A stretch of DNA of 62,817 bases, counting the filler, from Rhabdomonas costata (Eukaryota), in NCBI GenBank assembly GCA_019059605.1. It is 42 parts of 42 records of this genome, joined end to end, with 100 filler letters (N's around TTAATTAATTAA, not from the genome) between each part and the next. Parts side by side here need not be neighbours in the genome. Positions count along the whole stretch, not along the records: positions 23,971 to 25,368 come from JAHMHO010017092.1; positions 25,469 to 26,866 come from JAHMHO010017093.1; positions 26,967 to 28,364 come from JAHMHO010017094.1; positions 28,465 to 29,862 come from JAHMHO010017095.1; positions 29,963 to 31,358 come from JAHMHO010017096.1; positions 31,459 to 32,856 come from JAHMHO010017097.1; positions 32,957 to 34,354 come from JAHMHO010017098.1; positions 34,455 to 35,852 come from JAHMHO010017099.1; 34 more parts are not named here. One strand, 5' to 3'. Below, piece by piece: positions 24,830 to 37,450 of the stretch. The notes below the pieces were generated by a model. That model did no database searches. It had not been told where the DNA came from and saw only the letters and a program-made list of their open reading frames with translations. The position numbers and the translations under genes are program-made. Each line of letters starts with the position of its first letter. The stretch's first letter is position 1.

Positions 24830-25175
24830 CCCTCCTCGCCTCGTCCGGTTTCAGCACCACCGAATACTGAGGGCCAAAGAAGTGGCTCAGACCCAGCACC
24901 CACCCGGCGACGGGGTCTCCTTTGGACACAAAGGTATTGAGGGAGTCCAGCGCAGCGGCAGCCTCAGCGGGCGAGCCCCACCACAGTGAATACGAAAGCC
25001 TGGCGATGTCGTAGGTGAGGCCAGCTTGCCGAATCAGGGCCTTTCCTTTGCAGGGGTTGGGGCGTCCCCAAGAGCCACGCCACCGGCTGTACCCCAGCAG
25101 GAACGCACAGATGGGGTTTCGCGGAGCCTCTCGACGCAGCGCGGAGTGGGAGTACTCCGTGGGCAAGTTGGACAT
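24830..25175 (-). CDS. Sel1-like repeat protein, probable first exon
   Basis: NPICAFLLGYSRWRGSWGRPNPCKGKALIRQAG and KGDPVAGWVLGLSHFFG...KPDEARRG resemble Sel1 repeats; putative GC donor G|GCAAGC. Confidence 0.55.
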
Positions 25176-25480
25176 TTAGCGTGTCATGGATAACCACATC
25201 TCCAAAAACAATGGAAAGAAAACAAGGTGAATCGGACCTGTGGCAAGGTAAAAGCAACCATGCATCCATCCATTCATGCTTTCTGGAATCCATTCACTGG
25301 AATGATTGAATGTATAAACGGATGTCGATGCCCACACGCTCTTGTTTTCACGTGTCGTGTGGGCATCGNNNNNNNNNNNNNNNNNNNNNNNNNNNNNNNN
25401 NNNNNNNNNNNNTTAATTAATTAANNNNNNNNNNNNNNNNNNNNNNNNNNNNNNNNNNNNNNNNNNNNGTGTGTTGGTAT

Positions 25481-26866
25481 TCAAACGCTCTGGAGGGAGG
25501 TGGCCATCTCAGGATTGGCGCTGAGGTACACCAGGGTGACCTTGTCCGGGTTGGTCGGGAAATTGCTCTCCACTTCCCGCACAAGGTACCGCGACAGGGG
25601 TGGAAAAAGCACCTCGTCTTCCTCTATAAAAAATTCAAAGAGAAATCCACAATCTGCCATGGCAAAAAAAAGACAACTTCTATATAATAGCCAACGCCGC
25701 CAGCGACATACGCGTTCGATGTCTTTGACCATCTCTGACCAGACCACGCATATGCCATCGGGTGCAATCAGGTGTCCTCCGGAGCGGAGTGAGCTTGCCC
25801 AAAACGGACACAAAATGGCCTTCCAGGACCAGAAGTTCAATGCTTCTTTAATTCTTTACGTTTCTTTTCATCATGAGTTTCACTATTATTCACTTTTATA
25901 AATTAAAAAATAAAAACTATTATTATTATCAATTTGCAAAAACTCAACTTGCCAAAAATTAAAATAAATGAATTAAACTTAAGTTAAATTCCGAGCATCC
26001 TCGAGTGAACCCTTCCTGCGGAAAATAGCATGAAATGATACTTTTCTTACAGTAAACGCACAAGGTGATGGAATGCGACCAGGAGGGAAACAATGGCGCG
26101 CTAAAAACAAAACATACTCAAGCGATGCGACACAGAACGATGAAAAATAGTTCTATGCGAGAAAGCATTCATTTGCGAGGCCCCGCAACATACCCGGGAA
26201 GTAGCTCAGCGCAGCCAGGTGCGAAACCAGCGCGTTCTCAATCACAAAGTGTGTCGCAAAGTTCGGAGTCGCGAAGGCCCGGATGACCTGCCCCTGCCCA
26301 TCCGTGCACCTAAGAAGAACCTCGTTGGGCTGTCCCAGCTCCTGGTCGGGGTCGGGAACCTCGTACTCGTACCGCGTGCCCTCAACCCGACCCTTTCGGC
26401 TGCTCGGCTCCGCCAGCCCCAGCCGCAAAAGCTCCGCCATGCTCACCCCAGGAAGCAAGTCCTCCATCAGAAGGTAGCATCCCTTATCTTCACCTTCCAC
26501 CCCCACCCACCGCGGCTTCGAAAAGTTGGGGTTCGACGCGATCGCAAGGGACCGGCTGGCCGCACGGAAGTCATACGTCGTGATCACCGTGCCCTCTCGG
26601 AAGTGCAGCTCAGGACCGTAGTTCTGCGGGCTGGGGAAAAGCCACGGCACAACTCGGTACACCGCGGTGGGCTTCCGAGTAAACTCAGGAACTTTCGGCA
26701 GGTTCTCCAGCGCCCAGCTCAGAAGGCACACTGCAGGCATCACAAGGTCAAGCGTCGCGCCCGTCTTCCTCCCCGAGGGCCGAAGAGCGTTGTTGATCAC
26801 TCGGTAGGGGGCAAGCCTGGCACAGTCCTCCTCCCCAGCCGTCCACCATCGGCACGTTGCCACGGC
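25481..26866 (-). CDS. R-S-E clade (ARTC/toxin-like) mono-ADP-ribosyltransferase domain, last 2 exons
   Basis: Exon 26866-26194 has PYRVINNALR, ALENLP, VYR, F.EG.VI, FRAASRS, THFVI and LSYFP. The phase-1 intron GTATGT...TATAG joins exon 25623-25481 to give LSYFPEEDEVLFPPLSRYLVREV...*, with E-x-E intact. Confidence 0.85.
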
Positions 26867-28085
26867 NNNNNNNNNNNNNNNNNNNNNNNNNNNNNNNNNN
26901 NNNNNNNNNNTTAATTAATTAANNNNNNNNNNNNNNNNNNNNNNNNNNNNNNNNNNNNNNNNNNNNTATAAGCATAGGCATCGTACAGCTCATTGTGCTC
27001 AAGGAAAAATAGAAAAGGTTATGAGGCAGGGAGGATCGCTTTTTTCATTGGAGTGTAAGTCTTTTAACGTCGCCCCTCCCCCCAGGTCACCTTCCCCAGC
27101 CGCCCGCTTCGGCTACAACGCAAAAAAAAAAACTCGTTTGGGAAGTACTGGCAAGGTTTACCTTACCCCCTTACACCAAAAATAAAGGGTGCTGACATGT
27201 TTTACCTGATCCTTTCAAGTTTATTTAGCAAACTTTTTTAATCAGTTTTTTGTTTCACCTGGTACCACTGGTAACCGTTCCCACACCCCTCCCCCCAACT
27301 TCGATTGGGAGGGTGCGTTGGCATTGCACGAATACCTTTTACCATTTCCAGGCTGCGATAACGTGACTTTCTTTTCTGCCATGCAATGCGCCGCCACCCT
27401 CACACCCTCACGCAGACCTGGCGGGCGACGGCCGAGCCCAACGCCATCACGGCCAGCCCGACGACCAGCACCAAAGCCACCGCCCGTGTGCCATGGCCAG
27501 CCCACAGCGGCGCCCGCGGGGCGGACGTGTGATGTGGGACAGCTTCCTCAGGGAACGAGCCGTACCGGTCCCCCATGGTGTACAGGGGGGAGCAGGACAG
27601 TTTTCTCTCTCACTCACGGCACGCACACCCAAGAGAATTCAGAAGAGTAAGAAACCTGGATGTGAATGAGAACAAAACGCATAGGATGCAGAGGGACACG
27701 TCAAATTCAAGAGAATCGGGCGCACACAATTCGGTTCTGGGCAGGGTAATGTATGACGAGAGATCTTTGCAAGGCAAAAATAGCTTCTGTGCAAACTGTA
27801 CGGAGAAGGGTCACTCCCAAGAAGGCGCCAACGGATGGAGATGACTGCCGACCTCACTTTCCATTTCCTCCGTTCACTGGTTTTCATGTCAGGGGTCCCC
27901 ATTTCGGCATTTTGAGGTAACCTTGGCATTCAAATACTACAATGAAAATTTCGGGTAGCTCATCGCAATCAGAGCAAACACTGTGTCCAAAAAAATGCTG
28001 AGAGAAGATCAACGCGGGCACCGTGTGGTGCGGTCTTTGGTTTCAATCACTGTCAGTGGCTCACTTCCTTTCACTTCGCGGCCTC

Positions 28086-28321
28086 TCATATGGGAGACCG
28101 GCGGGAGTCCCCTCCGGAGACATGCTTGAACTTGCGGTACATCGCCATAGTGTGCTCCCGCAGGGCTTCGAAGCTGCGTTGCGACTTGTCAGGCAGCAGC
28201 TGCTGGCCAGGGGTAGGACGCCCCTGACGGGTCACCCGCTCGAACAGCTTGGGGTTCTCAAACAGAGTCTGTCGTGCCGCACAGAAACCCACGAGTGGGG
28301 GGAGGGGCATCCCTGCACCCG
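28086..28321 (-). CDS. Terminal exon of an unidentified protein
   Basis: CAG acceptor, then a GC-rich frame (...FENPKLFERVTRQ...SFEALREHTMAMYRKFKH...) ending in TGA. Confidence 0.35.
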
Positions 28322-28464
28322 CTGACAGTGTCGCATTAATAGCCACGCAAAAACACAAACCCCCNNNNNNNNNNNNNNNNNNNNNNNNNNNNNNNNNNNN
28401 NNNNNNNNTTAATTAATTAANNNNNNNNNNNNNNNNNNNNNNNNNNNNNNNNNNNNNNNNNNNN

Positions 28465-29580
28465 GTGGGGTTGGGCCCAGCCGTGGGGCAGGCCGTGGTG
28501 CTGCAAAGGCTGGCCTGCAAGGCGATGCGAGCGCACGTGCTGATCTCGGAGAGCGTGTTCACCCAGGCACGTGAGTCAACGGGGTGCCCTTTTGCTTGCG
28601 TGTGTTTGTGACCCAATTGGGTTTCCTATGGCCCCGCGTACATTGTAGATCGAGTGTCACAAATGTGGTCACATGTGGTAAGCCAACACCAGGTATCCAT
28701 TGAGAGGGACCGACAACAAGGGCGTGAGACCCAATAGCCCCATCGAAAATTGGGAGTCCAGGGGGGTAGTGGATTGCGAATCCTACTCAGGAAAAAACTC
28801 ACCCTAGCCAAGTGCACCAAGTGAGCGTGTGTACGTGTGTGCAACTGATCCGATCCCCTGAGCCCTCCAGTTTTTCTTTCTCATTCCAAAAGCTAGAGGT
28901 ATGAGCAAAAGATTGAAGAAAAAGGAGAGCTCGAAAAACGAGCGAAAACCAGCGCAACCATAGCGAGAACCCAGTTTTCACACCCGATTTGTCTTCGAAG
29001 TCCGAAAACACCGGATTTCGTGAGGTCAAGTGTCAAGTGAACAGTAACATCAATTTTTTTTTAATGAAAATGAACCTAACGTTCATTAATCACATTCCGC
29101 ATAGACTGGATAACTACAAATTGTGAGAGACCTTCTAAAAACTTATGCTGCGAGTGAAACCCTCCACTACGTTAGGAAAGAAGCGGTCATTAAGACTGAA
29201 ACAAAGAGCTGCTCAGGTTCACAAACCGGCCGACGGCGAAAGGATCGGTCACGCTTCGCTCGGGAGACCTGTTGCACAAGACCCGCCTGCCCACCCTGTA
29301 GGTGCCTTGTTCCTTAACTCCAAAACACTTCAGTGAGAATGTATTCGAAAAGCCAAAGTTATTTCGTTCACACGTACAGACAGGAAACGCGATTTTTCAC
29401 CCTCCAAGGCGCTCTCTGCCCGAAATAGTTGCACGGAGATTTGATTTTTTCATTTGATTTTTCGTCAGGTTGAGTTCAACTTCATCTGCTTTCCGATGAC
29501 GCTGCTGCGCCTGCCCACCAAAACAATTGCCGTGTACAGGCCAACTCGCGAGATCGACCCCGACTCGGCTCGCGAAGAGT
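28465..29580 (+). CDS. Degenerate class III cyclase-like domain, 2 exons
   Basis: Exons 28465-28566 (LGPAVGQAVVLQRLACKAMRAHVLISESVFTQ) and 29469-29580 (VEFNFICFPMTLLRLPTKTIAVYRPTREIDPDSAREE) align by eye to G..VN.A.RL...ILISE.T..QV...F.C....V.VY; the join needs a GC donor. Confidence 0.6.
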
Positions 29581-30075
29581 GTATGTTTCGGCATGCCCGC
29601 AATAACTTGGCCCAATGTAAACAGAAAACAATTTCCCTCCTCTGGTGACACCTCGTGCCAGTAAAGAAAGGGGCATCTGATTTAGTGTCTTATTTAGCTG
29701 GAACATAGTTTGCGCAGCGTCCTAAGATTTTCCGCACCTTGAGTGGGGCATTACGATACTTCCCCCCCCCCCCGCCCCTTGCGAGAACACGTGAAAGGAG
29801 AGGAGGGTGTGGCATTCATAAAAGGGAAAAAATCGGGGCACATCTCTAACCCCCCCCCCCCCNNNNNNNNNNNNNNNNNNNNNNNNNNNNNNNNNNNNNN
29901 NNNNNNTTAATTAATTAANNNNNNNNNNNNNNNNNNNNNNNNNNNNNNNNNNNNNNNNNNNNTTTTCAAAAAAAAACCCAAATGAAAATAAAATGATACT
30001 AGGCAACGTCTCTCACATTTATCGAAACTCATCACTTTGGCTTATTTTCGCTTTGTTCGACTCGTTTTCACGCAG

Positions 30076-30729
30076 ATGGTGCGAGAGCAGTCACGGAAAC
30101 AGTTTGAAGCACGGGTATTTGTCTGTGTGACAGGCTTGGTACACGCGGTTGCTGAAACCAGCTGCCCAGGAATTCAACCCGAAAATGAAAATCCAACATA
30201 CCAGGAGATTATTTTGTGTAAAAAGCGCCGGTCATGCCCTTTGGGAAGGCTCTTGTTTCTGTTGACAGTTTTATTAATGGGACTATGACGGAAACGCCCT
30301 CATGCACCATCGTTCGCCATCGAAATTTCTGGTTTATTCCTTGGGAACTGAACCGACCTCTGCGTCACTGGCGAATAGGTTTTTGGCTAAATGATGCATG
30401 AGCAAGACTTCGTTTTGCCTTGTACCTCTGCAGGCACTTTCCAAGAAAGTCAAGGAACGTGCCAGGTCGTGCGCGCCTCAGCATCGGAGCGAGCCTTCTG
30501 GGCCTTCATCCTTATCGTCATCACCTCCCGGACCCTCTTCCCCAGGGGTGGCTGGTTTTGCCTCCACCGCAGCCTCAGCGGCTGTACCTTCCGCTCCGCC
30601 TTCCTCGGCTTACCCCGGAGCAGTGTACAGAATGCTTCGGGCAGCAGCAAAGTGGACACTCGAAATAGCCTGTCACGGTTCTCCGCTGACTGAAGACTCT
30701 ACCTTGGCCAGTGCCACCCTCCGTTGGAG
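30076..30729 (+). CDS. Two exons of an unidentified Pro/Ser-rich protein
   Basis: Exons 30076-30114 (MVREQSRKQFEAR) and 30434-30729 (ALSKKVKERAR...) are AG/GT bounded and join in phase 0. Confidence 0.45.
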
Positions 30730-32091
30730 GTCAGGGGTCGCTTTTGCCTTTGAACACTTTGGGGACAGCACAGCCTTTTCCAGGCTGGAACCGTTGCTGA
30801 GTTCACGTTGCACCCTTGTGCAGTTCTGACAGGGTCAGGCTACGATGCTGTTCTGTGTCTGCTTTGCAATGTAAATGGAGTGACAGTTGCAGTCACAGCG
30901 GTGAAAGGAACGGGCACAGATAAACTAAAAGGCCCTTGGAACTGGGATTTTGAATGATTTTGAATGCATGGAGTTGGATGGTGCTAGTGGAACTTTTGCG
31001 GAAGAATTCTAGCAGTGCTGAGAATGTAAGTGGAAAAAAGGGAAGAAGGAAAATGAAGCTCCAGTGCGTGTTCTTTCGATTTCGTCTCCGGTAAACCAGG
31101 TGGTGAGGCTGTTCCCTGTTCAAAAACAGAAGATGGGTGAACGCATTGAGTGGAAGACAAGAGAGGGCAAAAAGGGAAAGATCTCTCGTGTATTTATTCC
31201 CATGAGATCAGTTGAATTTTTCGTGCGATTTTGAGCCTTCACCAAATTTAGAGTGATCCCTGGATGACGCCTCAATGCGCATACTTTTCACTGAATAGGT
31301 TTTAACACACACACACACACACACTTTTTCATTAAACTTTTTGCATCCAACCACCCCCNNNNNNNNNNNNNNNNNNNNNNNNNNNNNNNNNNNNNNNNNN
31401 NNTTAATTAATTAANNNNNNNNNNNNNNNNNNNNNNNNNNNNNNNNNNNNNNNNNNNNGTTGTGTGGTCCGAAGGTTCGGAAGAAAAAAGGGCAATGTCA
31501 GCATGACTCAGAGCTCATGAATACAGGGCAACCTGGCATCTACTCCGACTCCGGCATATCTTAGGCAACAGGTGCACAGCATTCTCTCCCCATAACAATC
31601 TTCCCAACCTTCGGACCACAACCCGAACCACGCCCATTTCACAGCAAAAAAAATGGTTCCAACTTATCTTTCCTACCGCAGCTCGGAGTCACGACGTCAA
31701 TCCCTACACAATAAAACCCGATGGATTAGCGACCCAGAGGTGAATGGCTCCTGTGTGCAAAAGCACAGCGGTGCTCGTTCGTCTCCAGCGGACTCACTTG
31801 TTCAATGTTGCTGATAACCCCATGCCTACGCTTCGCACAGACAGCCATAAACGCTTCTCCTTCTTTTTTATTCTTCTTTCTTGGACCCGTGTGGTCAAAA
31901 GTGGCGGGAAAACCTCTTTTGTAAGAACCAAGTTGGTTGGGCAGCCGGCGCTTACGAGCACAGCAGCAGCAGCAGCAGTAACAGCACAAAGAAGAGCAAT
32001 GCACGCATCACGCATAAATTACACAGTGTACTGGAAGACGATAGCACCCGAGCGGTACAGATGATTGGGGGTGGACCCCACCCCCGTATCC

Positions 32092-32409
32092 CTACTTCTT
32101 CAGGAAATTCAGCTTGGCTTGCTTCAGCGGCCGCGGAGAGGGAGCTACAGCTGTGGGCAATGAAAAGCCCATCTCCGGCCCTGCAGTAGCAGTCCCTGAG
32201 TCGGCTTCAGTGCCCATTGCCTCTGAAACGGCTGTGCGAGATCGCTTATGGGAAGCTGTCGATGAACAGCCGGCGCCTTGACTATGGGAGGGCACGGCGC
32301 TTCTCTCAGTGCTTCCTTGCAGGTCGGCTGGTGGGCTCTGAAGGTCCACGCTGACAGTCACAGTCTCGCCCCCACAGCTCTGCAACGTCCCAAGAGGCTG
32401 AACCAATTC
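32092..32409 (-). CDS. Terminal exon of an unidentified protein ending KQAKLNFLKK*
   Basis: TTTTTTGACAG acceptor, then an open low-complexity frame to TAG. Confidence 0.4.
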   Translation of the reverse strand, partial: ELVQPLGTLQSCGGETVTVSVDLQSPPADLQGSTERSAVPSHSQGAGCSSTASHKRSRTAVSEAMGTEADSGTATAGPEMGFSLPTAVAPSPRPLKQAKLNFLKK

Positions 32410-33248
32410 CTGTCAAAAAACCACATCGACAAAGCTTGAATAACTGAACCTTGACACACAACTATTAGCATTCGGAAAACTCAAAATCTCTCAAAACCTT
32501 AACATAACTTAACATAACTTAACAGTATAAAGCCAAGACATTCGTCAAGCAGTGCCATCAAAGATCAGGAAAGGTGTACAATGGAGATATTTACTTTGAT
32601 TACCACGAGGCAGTAAGGGGCCACACACCACTGGATCCGCAGCAGCAGGGACAGTTTCAGATCCTCTCGGGGGTTGAGGAGTTGTGTCCTCACCGCCGGG
32701 AAAGTCTGAGTGAGCAGCAAAAGCGGACACCGCTGGAAGGAAGGGAATATTCAGCAATCGAGTGAAAGAAAGGATAAAGCGTATCACACAGGTATGCAGG
32801 ATAAGGGAAACCGGAACATACTGGATGCCACTCATAAAGGTCTGACCCAACACCACNNNNNNNNNNNNNNNNNNNNNNNNNNNNNNNNNNNNNNNNNNNN
32901 TTAATTAATTAANNNNNNNNNNNNNNNNNNNNNNNNNNNNNNNNNNNNNNNNNNNNTGTGGGGTGTGTTTGGGGTGTGGGTGGGAAGAGTCTTTGGGTTC
33001 AGGGGGACGGGAGCGTTTTAACATGTCTGAAAAGGGCGCATTTTCCTTGTGGAAATGCATCGCGGTGGAGGCTCTGAGATTCCGATAGAAAGTTTTCATG
33101 GGGTTAGAGGGCGATTAGTAACAAGTCTTTCCGAATATTACGCAAAAAAAAATGAAAAGAATTGAAAGGGTGAGTCTAACATCCGTTCTGACTGATAAAC
33201 CTCATGGATGCCCGGGTTTCCCAAAACGACATGAACTCCTTTTCACAG

Positions 33249-34329
33249 CTGTGGTGCGGCTCTTTCGGGCTGTGGTGGCGAGCGGAGACGAGGCGTACCA
33301 CAAGCACCTCGCGTCCCAGGATTTGTTGGAGCCCCTGGTGGCTCTTCTGCAGCTGACGGGATCGCGGTACAACTCGGCGAACTCGGCGGCGCTGAGCATC
33401 TTCGAGTTTATTCGCAAGGCTTAGAGAGAGAGAGAGGGAGGGAGGGAGCCTGCAGACAAGGGACAACGGGTGAGGGGAGCGGCTGTGTGGCCGAGGCGGA
33501 GACTGTTGGGTTTATGGCCTTTCTGGGGTGTGTTTCTTTTATTTGGTTATTGGGACCGTTTTGGAGCGAAGGAATTTATCCCTGAAAACTGGAGTCTCAG
33601 AAGATGGGAGTGATGAGAAATTGACCCCCGGAAGAAAGACAGCAGTCGTGGGTTTATGGGGTGCTATTTTTTCTGTCCTAAGTCAAGCAAAAAGGTTTAG
33701 ACACTCTGACCGATCGCGGCAGAATTTGCTCACAGTACAAGCCCAGGTGCCCGCCATTGTTGCGCTTCTTTCTTGCGTGGAACTCCAAAAAGGACGTTGC
33801 TCCAGTCCAGTCACTGGCGAGCCAACAGGCCAACAGGCTGTGAGCCCACTGGCTGGTGTGGATTGGAGATTGTTGTACGCGCACGCTCGTCCAGGAGAAC
33901 ATTAAAACTCTGGTATGCTACGTCATGGAGGCACACGGAGAGCAGCTGCAGGGAATCACGTACGTGGAAACCTTCTCGGGGCTGCGGCAGAAGTGGGAGC
34001 AGCACAAGCAGCGCGAGGTGGACCGCCAGCTGCAGCAGTCCGGAGGCCCCGATGCGGCCATCCTGCCCAGCCCAGACTTGCGGTGCGTGCTTGAGTTTAG
34101 CATGGGCAACAATCTGTCTGCTTGATTGCCCCCTCCCACCAACGCTGTCGCGTAAAACGATGAGCCGCAGCCGGGCATGCTTTTGTTCTTCGCAGTGGAG
34201 GAAATGTATCACTGTGTGTCTTTTCTGCGTGGTTTGGGGGTTGGATGCCCCAGGCGCATCTCAGGGCCTTTCCGCGACTTTGGGGAAGACGAGGACGACG
34301 CGTACTTCAACGATGCGGAAAGGCCCTGA
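33249..34329 (+). CDS. PPP4R3: Protein phosphatase 4 regulatory subunit 3 (SMEK/Psy2), 3 exons
   Basis: Exons 33249-33418, 33895-34082 and 34254-~34329: VVRLFRAVVASGDEAYHKHL...LEPLV...GSRYNSANSAALSIFEFIRK-ENIKTLVCYVME...ITYVETFSGLRQKWEQ...EDEDDAYFND, the conserved SMEK C-terminal block. Confidence 0.9.
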
Positions 34330-34499
34330 GATGCGCCTGGGGCACCCAACACAANNNNNNNNNNNNNNNNNNNNNNNNNNNNNNNNNNNNNNNNNNNNTT
34401 AATTAATTAANNNNNNNNNNNNNNNNNNNNNNNNNNNNNNNNNNNNNNNNNNNNGGGGGGTGGGATATAAAGGGTATAAAAGAAAAGAGTGCTGTACTG

Positions 34500-35694
34500 G
34501 TGTATCGGAGCTCATGCACGGTGCGGGTCCAGGTCGACCATGCATTGCCGATGAACACCGCAGCGTCGATGCAGATCTGCTGCTCAGCCATCCCGACCAC
34601 ATCAGGATGCCCACGGAAGGGCTCGTCCTGACGAAACCCCAAATGATCCGGGAGTGTGCGCCAAACAAAATGGCAGTTCCCCTTTGGTAGACAGGCAGTA
34701 TGTGTTTTCACGGGCATCCGGGCAACGGCAACTGAAATTGGTATTTGTGCGGTCTGCTCTCTACAGTATGTGCAGATCAGTTCTGAAGAGTCTTGCACTA
34801 TGACATCTTTGGGGAGCACTGAAAGAGAGTATGTTCGGATCACAGATTGCGCCAGTGCAGGAATAATTAGGATCAATGAAGCACGAGACCAAATGGGAGC
34901 CTGCATTTGTCCTCCCATCGCGATCAAGACTCAGCCCTCGTGCATCCCACCGCTCCCGCCACCGCTCCTTTCGCCCCCCTCTCCTCGCCTTTACCACCAA
35001 TTAGCTTCTTCTGTAACTTCCAATTATCACCCTACCGCAAAACACCTCCCCTCTCTCGACTATTATCCGCATTCTCTTCATTGCTTTCCTTGTTCTCACG
35101 CGTGCCATTCCTTCTCATTCCGGTGCTTGTTTCCGCGGTTCTGGTTTATACCAACTGTGAAATGGTTAGCCAGGGCCCAAGCAAATCGCGAGTGAAAGCC
35201 CAACTCCAAAGACTCCAGAGGCTGAAGCAACACCAGTGTACATAAGAAAAAACGAGTTTCGCTGATCGCAATTCTGCCAGAAACAATAAACTGATCCAAA
35301 AACACAATTTTGTAAAAATCATAATCATAATCATAATAATGGGGAATAGCCAATGAGAGAGTCTCTCGGCGTTTTTTTCACGAGGCCTGTGGTCTGCTCA
35401 AAGCATAGCCCTGCCTCAGTTTACCCATCCCACCCCACTTCTTTGGGCTGCAGGGGGTTGGGAAGGATGGGAGACCTCAGTGTGGAAGGTGTGGAAGGTA
35501 AGGCCGGGGCTGGTGCGCCGCAGGTGGGCCACCGTGTCGTTGCGGTACTCCGGGGCGCATGCCACGAAGACAGTACTAAGGCGAAACCGTGCCGCGATAT
35601 CCCGCACCTGTGCGACAGCGCGGGCACGTATTCCCACCATCTCCCGGTCACACAAAGTTCGGAGGAGTGGGGTAGGGGTGGGGTACAAGGTAAG
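34500..35694 (-). CDS. O-fucosyltransferase-like (POFUT/GT-B) protein, partial
   Basis: Exons ~35694-35476 (...QVRDIAARFRLSTVFVAC...) and 34627-~34500 (VVGMAEQQICIDAAVFIGNAWSTWTRTVHELR); EQ.IC..A..FIG...ST....V...R is the O-FucT C-terminal motif. Confidence 0.7.
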
Positions 35695-36068
35695 CTGGAC
35701 GCCCTTTGCATGACACACTCACCCGCATAATGTGTGACGCCGTCCCGAAAATCATATGCTAAGCACCGTGCTTGCATTAGCTAGCTTTGCGTGTTCTGTG
35801 GGTAAACTGGACGCACGGGGCAGCGCCGAAGCTGAAGCTTGCTTTGGGCTGGNNNNNNNNNNNNNNNNNNNNNNNNNNNNNNNNNNNNNNNNNNNNTTAA
35901 TTAATTAANNNNNNNNNNNNNNNNNNNNNNNNNNNNNNNNNNNNNNNNNNNNGGGTTTGTGGTTTGATGCTGGCCCTTTTCTTCTCTGACCACGACTTTT
36001 TTTGTGTGTTTTTGGCACATCTTCATGCGCGCAGTGTGTGTATGTGTTTGTGTTTGTGTGTGCCTTAG

Positions 36069-36887
36069 GACGGCGATGAGATCGTCTCTGTGGTGTGCCA
36101 GAAGGTTACTTCTGTGATGGCCTTCCGCGGAGCCTTCCGCCGTGCCCCCGCGGCCGGACCTGTGGCGATTGAGCTGCGGCGCCAGGGCAAGCTCTTCCGT
36201 GTCTCTCTCACTGCCGAGGGCGTGCCCGCCCCCAGGGCCCAGGCCTGCTGCTGTTTTGCCTGTTTTTGTTTCTCCTACTGCTCCTTTGCAGAGCTGTTTT
36301 TGAAAGGGGGCAGAAGTCCCGTGAAGTGGAACAAAGTGGAACAGGAAGTTGAGGTGAAGCAAAGGATTGTGCAACCTACCCCTTGCTCAGTTGGGAGGTA
36401 AGAGATCCACTCAGCCACCGTGTTTTTTTTTCGCGCACGACCCTCTACTTGCCTGAAGTTTTGTCAACTGCAACAGCTTTGGCGGAGGGACCAAGGTAAA
36501 TCTTTCACTGCATTGATGATTGTTCTTGTGCTGCTGGGAATGTGTATGAATGTGAACAGAGGTCTGCGAGGTGGTGTGATTCTTGGTGTTTGGAGCCGTT
36601 GGGGGGAGGGGTTTCTTAGGCTGCTCGGGAGGTGGTTGACGCCTCTGGGCACCTGCTGAGCCCAGTGAGAAGCCCTTCTCGGGGCGTGGCAGATGGTCAC
36701 GCCTCTCCCGCAGGTTCTGGCCAAACCCCCGTTCCCTCGTTTGCCTCCCACATTCACTTCGGCCCAGATCTCGTTCAAAGAAGTTGCTCTTGAGCACTCT
36801 TTCATGTTTTGTGCTCCGCTCGGCACTGTCCACCATCGTGACAAGCCTCACGCTGAACCTACGGAACCCATTGTGATGATCGAGTGA
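36069..36887 (+). CDS. PDZ-domain protein, last 2 exons
   Basis: Exon 36069-36242 DGDEIVSVVCQKVTSVMAFRGAFRRAPAAGPVAIELRRQGKLFRVSL (second half of a PDZ fold; GC donor) and exon 36714-36887 ending in TGA. Confidence 0.6.
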
Positions 36888-37450
36888 TCCAGTGGTCAAG
36901 CTTATGTTTCCAGGGAACACTTGGTTTTTACACAGCTTTTTTTCACTGATGGCTCTATCAAATCTTTCTTCCTAACCTCGTTCTCTCTCTTGTTATGTGC
37001 GGGGGGGGGGTCTCGGAAGTTAACGAAACGAACCTAGACACCGGGATATTTACTGGTGGCGTGTGGCGGGAAGTTTGAGCTCTGTAAATGAGGCCTTTTC
37101 AGCTGGCCTCATGTACAAGGTCTACTATTCTACATTCCTGTGGTCTCGTGATGAAGAACGGAGCCTATATGTATCAATCATGTGGTATTCTACTTTCTCT
37201 CTCTCCCTCTCTATGTATGCCTCGCAGGAGGCGGTGTACCCATAATGGAGGGCTCGCCGCGTGCCCCTGTCCCGCTAGCTATGGTTTCTGCGGGTGGAGT
37301 GGCGGGTGCGCTTTCGCTGCCGCCACACAACCCCCCAAACACACCAACACNNNNNNNNNNNNNNNNNNNNNNNNNNNNNNNNNNNNNNNNNNNNTTAATT
37401 AATTAANNNNNNNNNNNNNNNNNNNNNNNNNNNNNNNNNNNNNNNNNNNN

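Noticed and set aside
26219-26914. 231-aa plus-strand ORF
   Set aside because: Antisense shadow of the GC-rich ART exon.
32092-32125. C-terminal KQAKLNFLKK as a PCNA-binding PIP box
   Set aside because: Spacing deviates from Q-x-x-L-x-x-F-F and the parent protein is unidentified.
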